This document shows, in pieces, positions 25,913-37,791 of a stretch of DNA of 64,000 nt. A model generated the notes under the pieces. That model saw nothing but the letters and a program-made list of their open reading frames with translations, was not told the origin of the DNA and ran no database searches. Both the position numbers and the translations under genes were made by a program. This DNA is from Callorhinchus milii (lineage: Eukaryota). Each line of letters begins with the position of its first letter. Position 1 is the first letter of the stretch. The stretch covers positions 65,164,001 to 65,228,000 of the forward strand of contig NW_024704742.1 of the NCBI RefSeq assembly GCF_018977255.1. Reading direction: 5' to 3'.

Positions 25913-26351
25913 AATAATAATAATCCTTGCAATTGATATAGTGCCTTATCATGTCATTGGGACGTCTCAAAGCACTTCACAGAATATATTGTAAAGTGGA
26001 TTGGCTGTGTATTTTATAGGTGAAACGTGGCAGCCAATTGTGCACAACAGTGTCTCATAAACAGTCATCAAGGATTGAGTGGCCAAGTTGTTATTATTAT
26101 TTAACATAAAACATAATATTTGCACCATGCGACCCAACCTTCCAGTCTAGCATCAAGCAGGTGCTACTACCTGATCTAGGCCTGCACCACGCGATCCGCC
26201 AATCGACTAACATCCAGGCTCCTATTCACTGCTCGGTAAACAGAAGCGTGTGGAGTAAGGAAATTTGCTCAGCACTTCGCCCTGCCAGGAATTGAACCCA
26301 AGTCTCTCGCTTGCGAGGCGAGTGCTCTCAGCACTGAGCTACAGGACTCCA
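25913..26351 (-). mobile_element. tRNA-derived SINE, long subfamily, with an internal insertion
   Basis: Head 26190-26351, tail 25913-26100. Confidence 0.85.
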
Positions 26352-28479
26352 CAAAAAGGTATTAAGTAAGCAAATATTATTTCAACCTATCAATGTAACC
26401 TAAAGCTTGCTTACAGCTTACCCCAGTAATATCAAAAAGTATTTTCTAAGTATTTTTCTAAGTTCTGTGCATGCTGTCGCACTCCTGAATAAATCTTCAG
26501 GCTCCATTTTTTTAAGAAAACGTGAGTACTTGCAGTACCTGATTAAATCTATAACCTCTGCACCCACACGGATTCGATGCGTGGCACAGCAAGGCAAAAT
26601 ATGAAAGTGCGGGTCTCCTGAACATCTGTTACTCTCCTTTATTTCAAATCAAAACAGCTGTGAATTCCAGAGTAAAAACTAATCTCCTACACTGAGAACG
26701 CCTGAGAATTCCAACCCCTGAAATCTGTTACAACATCAGTAATACAGGAACGCACTCCACACACCTCGGTGGGGGATGATATATTTAAGCTGCAATGAGC
26801 TTGTCAGAAGCAATACATCAGTAGCAAGAATTTACCTTGCTGTTTTTTTCCCCCTCAATATTTTCTGTGTATTTTACTCAATGTGTATATCTGCATTTTA
26901 TATACTGACATTCCACAGCCCCCATGGAATGTTATTATTTGCACCCCACCTGCCCAGCTCCCCATGTTTGTGTTGGTTTAGTCTGCAAGTCATGTTCCAC
27001 GCCTTCTCCAGATGGCTTTGTGTGGATGTTTTGGGGATGGTTGTTCTTCTTGAGACCATCTGTGCAAATATGGGGACTCAAGTACATACCCTGGCAAAAG
27101 GAATAACAAGAAAGGAAATATCCACTCCTGTCCATTAAAGAAAGTCACTGGCGGCGCCCTGCATTCTGCAAAGTGGCCGGGTTTAAGAATCAATTCCAAT
27201 GATATTGTTGATCACTGAAGCTCCAAATTGTCATTACATTAATAAAAACACAGGTTACAGCTTTTGGGAATTCTTTTTCAGAATTTTTCAGTCAAATTCT
27301 GATTTTATATATAGATATATACACACACACACAAGATTAATTTAGAAAATAAGATCCCAGAACTCCAAATGAAAGGACAATTTAAAAAGTATTGTTTGGA
27401 CAATCTCAGCACCATTATGAGCCCTCTACATAACCACCCATGTATGACATGTCTGCTGTAATGCTGGTTTGTCGCATTTGATTGTTGCTTCTCCAACATA
27501 TAAACATCGCTCTTTCAACTAACAGGATTCCTGCTTTTTAATTTACAATTCAAACTCTCTAGTCTTCCCTATAGCTCACATTTCTAAATGAAATCACAAT
27601 CGTTAATCTCAGAGAGAACTGGCTCTAATGTGGCATGGCTGGCAATGGAATGTCAGAATCGAGTCCGCCCTCCATGTTGGTCTTGGTAGTCCGGTTCCTG
27701 AGCGGGTCCACAGTACTCCAGGGCACTGCTGATGACAGCAGTCAGCCTGGCTCATTGGCAAGATCTGGAAGGGCAGAGGTCACGCTTTCAGCCACTACGC
27801 CCTGAAACTCTAGAACACTCTCCCTCAATGCCTCCACCTTGCCCCCTCTCTCCTCTTTTTCAAGTCCTGCCTGAAAACCTTCCTCTTCGACCGTGCTTAC
27901 GGCCACCTCCCCCCCGCCACCGGCTTGGATTCAGGCTCCGCCACGTTTAAGCACTCTGAGACGCTACCCTATGTGGAGGGCGCTATATAAGTGTAAGTTG
28001 TTGTCGTTGTTGCAAGCCAAAGCCCAAACAGGTAGGGTGGTCCTAGTTGGACAAACAGTGGGAAAGCTTGCCGGACAGACAGCAATATCAATGGTAAGCT
28101 ATGCAGTTTTAACTGGTTAGAATCTAGCACACTCTGGGGTCCCCAAACCTTGACTATTGCCTACCTGCGCTTAATACTTCACAGACACTGGGTTTCCACA
28201 TATGTCAGACACCTGGCTGACCCCCAAAAAATATTAAGACAAAACATGCAGCTAAAGGACCGTATACAGTCTTGGCGCATCAGAAAAAAAATGTCATTAC
28301 CTTCCACAGTTTTAAAACTGAAATTGAAAGCAGTTTAAACAAAACATAGCGTGTTAAACATCCAAGGGCAGCGTAAAGGACATTCTTACAGAACATAATA
28401 ACCGCAGCAATATTTTAACAGCAGGACCTGTTTTTTAAGTTAAACCTGCGATATATCACAAGATATTAGAATGAATATC

Positions 28480-29450
28480 TGAGGTCTTAAAAGGGGCACC
28501 GCCTTCGTGAGGAAAGCCTCCTGCAGTCCATTGATTGACATAAATCACACTGGAATACACGGTGGTGTTGGCTGCACGTTATGGATTCACGACAAAGGAA
28601 AGCGAGCAGCTCGTCCCCCCGCCCCGGCCACAGGGAATTAAAAACACATAAATAGCCCAAATATTTCTTCGCAGAGGCGACACCCTCACATTCAACCCTC
28701 ACGTTTCCCGCTAATCTGATACCCGGCGGTGCCAACGCACCAGTTGGGACACTGGTCACGTCAGGGAAGTCGGACACCGCCACAAACACAACCTTTTGCA
28801 GACTTTACAGTGACTTGAATGAATTGTTGAGGCCTAACGGCTGCCATCACCTGGGGAGCGGCCCGGCCCGGCCCGGACACTAACAGCTCGCTCACTGCGT
28901 CCACACAGCCAAAGGGGAAGGAAGTTATTACCTTAAAACAACAACAAAAAGGTCGTCAACCGGACCAGAAAATAAAGTGAAGGGATTATCTCCAGAGAGA
29001 GAGACATGGAGTACAAGGGGAGGGGAGAGCAACCGCCATTCACCACCGGAGAGGAGCCGCGCAGGCGCCCTGGGCCACAGGAAACAGCCGTCACTCCCAC
29101 AGGATGTCCCGCCTCCAACTGCACCGCCGCCAATTGGCTAAACCGCGGGGGGGGGGGCGGCGGTAACGGTGACCATGTCGATTGGATAACTCGACTCTCC
29201 GTCATTCTACGTCACAGGCCCTGTCCCCGCCCCCACTAAACGCCCGCGGTGCTGGTGGGGGTGGGGTGGGGGGGGAGAGGTCAGGGAGAGGTCACAAAGG
29301 GAGATGTAGTTTAGCCCAGGGTTTTTTTTGCAGGACTACAAGTCCCAGCATGCCGCGCGCCCCGGGCACGGCTCCCCCACCCCCTCTCCCGCTGCTCCAC
29401 TGAGCTCAGACTACAACTCCCAGGATGCTGCGCTCGGGCCAGAGGTGGTC
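28480..29450 (-). promoter_or_regulatory. RNF4: CpG-rich promoter and probable non-coding exon 1 of RNF4 (candidate donor after 28932)
   Basis: The most CpG/GC-rich block in the window; CCAAT/ATTGG boxes near 29130 and 29180, GC boxes, CRE-like TACGTCA near 29208, TTTAAG|gtaata on the minus strand at 28932/28931. Confidence 0.75.
29299..29428. promoter_or_regulatory. Cluster of three ACTACAnnTCCC motifs (ZNF143/THAP11-HCF1 type)
   Basis: ACTACAAGTCCCAGCATGC at 29335-29353 (+), ACTACAACTCCCAGGATGC at 29410-29428 (+), ACTACATCTCCC at 29299-29310 (-). Confidence 0.8.
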
Positions 29451-32150
29451 ATTACCAAAGCTTCCTCTGGAACATCTTAGGACAGAGATAGGACCCGCTA
29501 TGTAGTAATAATAATGATACTCCTGGCATTTGATGTAACACCTTATCACGTCTTTGAGACGTCTCAAAGCACTTCACAGAATATCCTGTACAGCACACTG
29601 TACAGCCTGGAACAATAAACGCACTCCTCGCCGGTCTCCCCGGCTCCACTGTTCAAACGATCCAACTCATTCAGAACTCTACAAACCACGGCAGCCAACT
29701 GTGCACAGACTGTCCCACAAACAGCCGTGGGTTGAGTGACCAAATGATTATTATTATTTGAGGGATTATTAGCTGCTGCGTTTCGCCCACAAAATACACA
29801 GTCAATTCACTTTACCTTGTATTCTGTGAATCTCTGAGACGTCTCGAAGACTTGACAATATATCAAATGCAAGGATTATTATTATATTAAACATGGGGAA
29901 GGAGGGAAGGAGGAAATAAAAACACCCAATTAATGCTTTGAATTCTAGTAAAAACTCTTGTGCAGAACCCATCGAACGCTGAGCGGATGAGGGGGGTGGG
30001 GGGGGGATGTGGTTTTAATAATAATCCTTCCATTTGGTTCAGAGCCTTTCATGTCAGGACAACCCAAAATACTTCACAGAATATACTCAATATATACACA
30101 GTAGCCAAGTTGCACACAGCAACGTCCCACAAACAGCCATGATGACAAGTTCCAGCATGGCATTGGATCAATTTTATTGGTGGGATTGTTGGCTGGGAGA
30201 AATTCCCTTCTTTTTGAATAATGGCAAGGGATCTTTAATATTCCTCAGAATAGGCAGCTGGAGCCTCAGTTTAATGCCTCGCATGAAGGACAGCAATTCC
30301 CCAGCAGTGCATTGTCAACAGAGGGCAGTGAGCACATGGAATTCTCTGCCACCAACTGTTGTTAAACTGTTCTTATAGATAGTTTTCTTTAAGGAAATAA
30401 CATTATGGGATATAGTACATCGGTAGTTTGGGACATATGTGCATGTGACCACCAGGAAGGTGGAAGATGAACTAGAAGAACCTTGGTCTTTCTTCGTCCA
30501 GTATTTCCTATGTGCAGGCATAAATAATTTTAAGAGGGAGTTGCATAGATTCTTGAAAAGGAAAGTTATGGGGGAACATGGAAGAATCATAGGGCCAGAC
30601 ACAGGCATGTTGAGACCACGGTCATGCTGGAACTACTCCCATGTCAGTTCATCAATGTCCTCATATTGAGAGTTCAAACACACACGTTTTCTATCAGGTT
30701 GATTTTCTTCAAAAGCTGTCATGTATTCAGCTTTCCTTTTCACAATGCATCCATTATGTTTTGCCAATGCCAAAGATCACAGCTGTCTGTGACTTTTGCT
30801 CTCACTGTTCTTAATTAAGTCCACTCTCTTATGTAAGGACCACTCCTGCCATGGTGGCAGGTTTACAGCACTTACCAAGAATTGGCCACAGGAGCTCAGA
30901 TTAGGCCGTGGGAGCTCAGGTTTGGCCCCCGGAGCTCAGGTTAGGCTGCGGGCAAAGCTGATTTCCCACTCATGCCACTTCCATGATCCCAACACTCCCT
31001 GCGCATTGCGCATGTGTGACAGGAGCCCGCTGCCCCCGACAGTAGCAGCATTAAGCAAACAGCGTGAGAGGCCTGAGGTCTAGCTCACTGTGTGTATAGG
31101 TTAGTAGCGGAGGGGGAATATTTGTACCGCTTTTGTAGGAGAACGGTTGTAGTAGCCACACTTTTCTATTGGCCCAGACTGCAATCAATGACCGTTGTCC
31201 TGAATAGCGAGGTGCTCTGTTTACTGAAGCAGACAATCTATCTTTTAATATAGACCATGAATGAGACTGTTAAAATGTGCCCACAATTGTGAGGTGGCTG
31301 GATTATTGAGGTGACCACAAACTGTTAAAATGTTATTGATTGTATATTTTGTGGATGAAACGGTGGAGGATTGGTGAAATAGTTACTGAAGATAGGGGTG
31401 TTTAATGTGGTTCTAAGTTGACGGTGGGAAGGATGTGGCCCTGAAATGGGAGGTTAATGTGTCTCTGAGAGATGGGCAATTGAATGTGTTGGGGGAAGAG
31501 TACACTGTCTGTCAATGTGTCTGTCCCACTCCATCGTTGACAAAGATTGAGTGGGACAGACAGCATTGAAAAGATTACGTTGGATGACGACAGCCCTTCA
31601 GCTCAACTGATCTCATCATTCCAGAAAACCCCCACAAAATACAACAACTTGCATTTATATAGTGCCCTTCACTCAGTGTAGCGTCTTCGAATATTTAACA
31701 GTGGCAGAGCCTGATATTGAATTGGGGGAAGGTGACCGTAAGCATAGCTGAAGAGGAAGATCTTCGGCACGAATAAAAGGGGTGAGCAAGGTGGAGTGAT
31801 TGAGGCAGAAAGTTCCAGGGCGCAGCTGCTGAAAGAATAGTTGCCAATGGTGGAGCGGAGGGGACATGGGGGAACCTGATAAGAAGCGTACAAAAGTATG
31901 AGGGGTTTTGACAGAGCAGTACAACATTTAGTAATCCTGGAAAGAGCACACCAAATCACTGCATTTTTCATTGTAATAAAAACATTTTTCAGATTTCACT
32001 TTTTTAAAATCAGTTTTAAGATAGTTACGACCAGCAATTCAAGTTACATAATGAATAAATTAAACTGAAAACAGTATTTTGTTTCAGTTGAGAGAGATCT
32101 GGGTGGCAATAATATTGTTGAGTTCTATGATGGATAAGCAGCTTGATTTT

Positions 32151-32258
32151 CTATTCTGCCAAGTCCGCTGCAATAGCCATTTTACGCATTTTAAGCAGCT
32201 GGGCCTGACGTTCACGACTTTCTTCATTGCTCTGCCAGTGGTGCTCTTCAATTGAATT
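32151..32258 (-). CDS. CFAP99: CFAP99 last coding exon (NSIEEHHWQSNEESRERQAQLLKMRKMAIAADLAE*)
   Basis: tttttatttag acceptor, 108 nt to TAG, phase 0; EE.HW...E.SRER resembles the recalled CFAP99 C-terminus. Not present in the ORF track. Confidence 0.8.
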   Translation of the reverse strand, partial: NSIEEHHWQSNEESRERQAQLLKMRKMAIAADLAE

Positions 32259-32465
32259 CTAAATAAAAAATGTACATGAGAAGAGGTATGGTTAAATATA
32301 GAATACATTCTTCTTACCAGTGATTTGCAATAATTTTGTTTTCCATTTTGGTGATTTTTTGTGCTCAAAGTAGGTGCTGGAATGGGACACTTGTTTATTT
32401 TTTGCACAAAGTGTTATCATCAGATATGGAGTAAAGCTACCTGTACTCTGCTACAACAATCAACT

Positions 32466-33560
32466 TAGAAACCTAGAAATCTACAGTGCAGTAGGAGGCC
32501 ACTTGGCCCATTGAGGCTCACAAAGCAAGGGGATCAATACAATCCCACCGCCAGCATTATCCCCATATCCCTTCAAGTCTCTCTTTCATATGCCTGTCAA
32601 CTTCCGTCTTGAATGCCACCCTACTCGGCAGGACATTCCATATCTCTACAACTCTGGATGATAAAAAAATATTTCCGAATTCTCATTTTGCTATTCTTGT
32701 GGCTATCTTATAACTATATCCTCTTGTCAGTGACTCTCCTACCAATGGAAATAATTTCTCTATATTTACCCTGATAAATTTTGTACACATCTATCAGGTG
32801 TACCTGATTCTCCCTCAACCCTCTCTGCTCCAATGAAAACAGATGCAACTTCTCCAATCTCCCCTCATAACTGGAGCCCTCTATACCCTGGATTCATTCT
32901 CATAAACCTCCTCTGCACAGCTTTTAAGGCCTTAACATCTTTCCTGAAGTGAGGTGTCTAAATACAGACAGTACTCCAGTTGTAGCCTAACCAATGATTT
33001 TTACAAACTTAACATTATTGCTCTACTTTTGTACTCTTTGCCCCTGTGTATAAAACCCAGCATGCTACTATCTTTCTTTACATTCTTTGCCACGTACAAT
33101 GCCATTTTTAATGACTTAATTTTTTAATGGCTGGACTCCCAAATTCCCTTTCTCCTCATCTCCTTGCAAGATGCTGCCATTCAATATACACTCCTCTTAT
33201 TTTTTCTACCAAAAGAATCACCTCACATTTCACTTCATTAAACTTTATTTGTTACTGATCATCCCATTTCTCTAATGTGTTTAAAACCTCATGCAGTCTC
33301 TTTCCATCCTCATCGGAATTCACTATGCTTCCTAGCTTGGTATCATCCGTAAACTTTGATACTGTGCTCCCTATATCCAAATCAAGGTCATTTGATATAA
33401 ATGGAAAAGAGAGGTCCCAGCACAGACTACTGTGACAAACCACAAACTCACTAACTCCAACTGGAAAAGCAACCTTTTAGCACCATTCCCTGCTTTCTAT
33501 CCCTCAACCACCTTTCTATCCAAACTGCCAAGTTTCTCCTTATTCCACGTGCCCTGAGTT
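32466..33560 (-). mobile_element. CR1-clade LINE fragment including the RT core end
   Basis: NDLDLDIGSTVSKFTDDTKLG (decayed FADDTK) followed by CR1 3' region. Confidence 0.85.
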
Positions 33561-34632
33561 TCTCAGCAACTTTGCGCTCAATTGAGAGTGTGCAGTTTAC
33601 ACTTTACACATGTGTAGTTATCTCCAGCACTTGTTAAGGCCAGAAACTCATACAGGGTTCGCACAAAACGGGCATCAGCTCTCTCTCCATTACTCAAATA
33701 TATTTTTGTCCTAACACCTCCTGAGTCCTAGCCTTCAGCAGACCCAACTCTCAGCATTGTGCTTCACGTCCACTCTGCTTTGCTGCTTGCTTCATCAAAA
33801 TATTGATTAAATATAATATATTCATTAATATTGTTCATTGCTTTGGTGGCTTTTGTGAATGAGATTATCAGTTACTGTCAGTCTTGTCCTGAGAATCTGT
33901 ACCCATATGAATTGGGATGAGAATGCCAAAACTGATTTCACAAAGGATCCCTTCATGTAGGCTGAATTGGAATCAAAATGAAGAAACTTCTAGCCCACTC
34001 TACTGTCCAGTCCCATTTTACACTTTTGATAGCAAATTGCTGACATTTATTGTTTACAATTTTTGACCATTGAAAATTAGGACAAGTGATGTGTCTGTGG
34101 GTAAATGCAGAGTATGGTATGGTACTGAGCCATGCAGACCAGGACGATTCCAGTTTGATCTTTACTGTGTGCTGAGCTGGCTAATTTCAAGTTAGCTTCT
34201 ACAATTGGCCTCTGCTCCCTTAAGATGGAGGAAAACAAGCAGTTAGGTTTCCCATTTTGATCCCAATCCACTGAGTTCTTCTGGAATGTATGATGTTGGA
34301 CGAACATAAGATTGAATTTGGCAGTGACATTCATCACGATCAAATAGCCTCTTAAAACTTGCTGCCCAAACCTACATATTAAGAATTTTGGGGTGAAGAG
34401 GGCTGTGGGCACTTCTGAAATCATTATCCAGCATGAAACGGTAATTAACAAAGGATGTGTGGGGAGAGGGAAAGCAAAATATTGGATTGGTGGGTGGGGG
34501 AGGGGGCAATAAGACATTCATGGTTCTGGTAAATTCAGAGTTATACAGTAAACTCTGAATGTATCGTCACCCCAAGGGAAAAGAGCTTAGTGACTCCATA
34601 TCAAGGGTGACGACATAGCCATGACTCCTCCA

Positions 34633-34651
34633 TGACCACTAGGGGGCGCTG
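34633..34651 (+). promoter_or_regulatory. CTCF-binding motif
   Basis: TGACCACTAGGGGGCGCTG, near-perfect match to the CTCF core CCACYAGRGGGCGC, with CpG retained in CpG-poor surroundings. Confidence 0.7.
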
Positions 34652-35591
34652 TTGCAAGGAGAACCCACACCAACACACACAGCGCTTTTGATCCATGTTA
34701 ATTTTTATCTTTATGTCATTTTGTAAATGCAGTTACTGGTGTATTTCAGGGCAGTTTTTATTGTTAGGAGGTAACAGCTCAAATCACCATTAAAAGCTTT
34801 CCTTCAGCAGGAACAGAAATGCTGGAAATCTACAGAAGTTCAATTAGGATCCAAAAGAGAATAATTATGTGCATGACATCAGAACTTAACTGGGGAGCAA
34901 CGGAAGGGTTGAGACTAAATCTAGTATTGTAATCTGGAACCGAATGGAAATCAAGCTTACAACCACGCTATACAAATGTAGTTTTGTTGTTGTTGTTCCT
35001 GGTCACATGGGCAATAAATTCTTGACACGTCCTCCTGCCATGAAAGGCGCTATACAAATGTTATTTGTATTGTATTGTATTCATAAACTGGATCTTTGAG
35101 AGTGATGCTATCATGCTGTGTTTAAACATTTTTAATCATAAAGTGCATGCAAATATAGCCTGGGACAGTGGGGATGAAATATCACAGTGCAAGCCAGATT
35201 GTCATTGAATTTAAAACCATTGATTTACTGGGAACAATTAAGACACTGTACTTTAGCATGTTTCCTGTTGCCTCTGAGCTCTTTCCTTACCAACAAATTG
35301 CCTGTAGATATTTATAGACAATATTATAAAAGTGTACAATCAGTCAAGGAATGTGAAGCAGGGAAATTGATTTATATTTCTTGCTCCTCCTGTCCAACGA
35401 GCTGCCTGAGAGCTTTCCAGGGACTGTCGAGAAGCAGAACGGACACTTCACACTGTTGCATTTAGATCAATGTGGTGTCAGCAGCAGAGCTCCAGCAGCA
35501 AAATGCCATGAAAGTGCAGGAGAAACACAGCACTAGCCAGGTATAATGGAACTAATAAGTTGAATGAGAGCAATTTCTGTTCATGCATTTT

Positions 35592-35960
35592 AGTCCTGTA
35601 GCAATGATTAGAGCACCCGCTTCGCAAGCGAGAGGACCCGGGTTCAATTCCCAGGTGGGGCAAACCTTAGGCACATTTCCTTACTCCACATGCCTCTGTT
35701 TACCTAGGAGTAAGTAGGAACCCGGTTGTTAGTCGATTGACAGATTGCTTTTCCGGTGGGGAACAATCCCTTCAAAAAAAATAATAACTTGGTCACTCAA
35801 TCCACGACTGTTTGTGGGACACTGTTGTGCGCAATTGGCTGCCACATGTCTCCCACAGAATATACAGTCAATTTACTTTACAGTATATTCTGTGAATCGC
35901 TTTCAGATGTCCCAACAACAATATAAGGTGCTATATCAAATGAAAGGACTATTATTATTT
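35592..35960 (+). mobile_element. tRNA-derived SINE, long subfamily
   Basis: Same head and tail as the short form plus middle segment gcctctgtttacc...gtaggaacccggttgttagtcgattg. Confidence 0.88.
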
Positions 35961-36015
35961 TAAAAGAAAATTATACTTCCTATTAACGGAAAAGAGTTCA
36001 TGGAGAATATTTTAC

Positions 36016-36193
36016 CTGCTTTGAAATTTTTCTCCTCATAAGTCTTGACCATTCATTGTGCGTGACAATCTTTTGGGGCACTGTCAGTTTCTGACGCTCC
36101 TTTTTTCTCTCCTTCAGTTTTTTTTCCAGCTCAGCCAAGCTTTGGTCGCTCGCTACCAGACTGGAATGGGACAACATCTTGATTTCCTCCTGT
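36016..36193 (-). CDS. CFAP99: CFAP99 penultimate coding exon (QEEIKMLSHSSLVASDQSLAELEKKLKERKKERQKL...RRKISKQ)
   Basis: ttttctaacag / CAG|gtaaaa, 178 nt, phase 2-0. Confidence 0.85.
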
Positions 36194-37588
36194 CTGTTAG
36201 AAAATAAACTTGGATTTCTGATTTTAGCTTTACTCCAGATAGTCAATGCAAGTCATTTCAACAATAAATTCTAAATAATGTGCAAATGTACCTATTTCTA
36301 TATATACATGTACACTTTCTGTACCCGCTTATACTCTATTTTCATTGCTGTGCTGTGATTTTACAACAGAAGAAGGCCTTTCAATTCATTTTTCTTGTTC
36401 CTTGTTTTTCTTTTGGGAGGTGTTGCACTCCTTAGAGATGGTATCTAATCTCAATGTATCTAATTCTTAATCTACACAGTCAATCCACTTTACAAGATAT
36501 CCTGTGAAGTGCTTTGAGATGTCTCAACAACGTGATCAGGCGCTATATCAAATGCAAGGATTATTTATTATTTATTTATCCGTTTTCCCTCTACTTTTGC
36601 ACTGCACTATATGTTGGTCAAGAATAAACTACTCGGTTAATGCTGACTATAGTGACTATCCTCTGAGGGTGGGGGTGAGGGAGGGGCTGGCGGCTTGGTT
36701 AGTGGCGTCTCCTTTGAGTGGAAGTGGCTTCAAGGTGACATGCCTGGCAATAGAAAGTCAGAATGGAACCAGCTTGCTGTCGTGGTCTTGGTAGTCCTGT
36801 TCCTGAGCTACGTGGGTCCACAATGTTCCAGGGCACTGATGATGACAGCACAGCCAGCCTGGCTCATCAGCAGTACCTGGTAGGGCAGACAATTCACTGA
36901 GGGTAGGAAGTATTCCCACTCAGCTCCTGTTAGCCCTGCAAGCCAAAACCCTAACGGGTAGGGTGGTCCTAACTGAACAAGCAGCAGGAAAGCAGACATC
37001 CGGCTGACCCCCAAAAATGCTGACTTCAGCCCATCTGACCTCATTCTTCAGAACACCCACCCTACTGTCACCCCATCAAGCTGCCTTTTAAATGAGTCCA
37101 GTGTTCTGGTCTCTATCTGCTGTCATGTTTTTAGCTTGTGCCTTATAATTAACACCATCTATTGACATGCAACATGCTTCAGCAGTAGAGTGTAATAAAA
37201 TACAATTTACATTGATATCACACTTTTCAAGGACGCCTCAAAGCACCTGCTAGCTGGGCCCTCATGCTGGAAGTGGGAATAAAAGTTATAGGGAGGGGAA
37301 AAGTTCACCAAAAGCATGTTCAGAGAGAAATAAACGTTTTGAGACGTACTGAGAAAGCAACAAAATTTCAGTCATACCATAATGGTTTGTATATTAGATT
37401 ATTACAACACAGAAATGGGCCATAAAGTCTGCACGTTTCCACTCGTGGTTGCTCTATTCGAGCTATCCAATCTATAACCTTTAAAACCATGGCGTTTGAT
37501 AAAGGAATGGCGAGTTGTCAGAATGAAAACATCTGCAGTTGGATAAAACACAGGGTAAAATGGTGATGGAAAGGGCCCTGTATGGTAC

Positions 37589-37791
37589 CTGTCAATTACT
37601 TTCTTGCTCCAGACTCCTCTGTGCAGGGAGATTTTTTCCAGTTTATCCAAAATAAGCTGTTCCTTAGCCATTTTCTCAATCATAATCTTGCCTCGCTTTT
37701 CCTCTTCTGCCTTAGCTCTTGCTTCCTTCAACAGGCCTAAACGTTCTCTTAACTCTGTAAATGACATCTCGTGCAACATAAAACCAGGTGT
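37589..37791 (-). CDS. CFAP99: CFAP99 exon (TPGFMLHEMSFTELRERLGLLKEA...WSKKVIDR)
   Basis: cattttccag / gtacca, 203 nt, phase 0-2; EMS..ELRERL.LLK motif of CFAP99. Confidence 0.92.

Noticed and set aside
35998..36015. CFAP99 ending at VKYSP* by reading through the donor
   Set aside because: A phase-compatible, CFAP99-like terminal exon exists at 32151-32258; read-through remains only a possible minor isoform.
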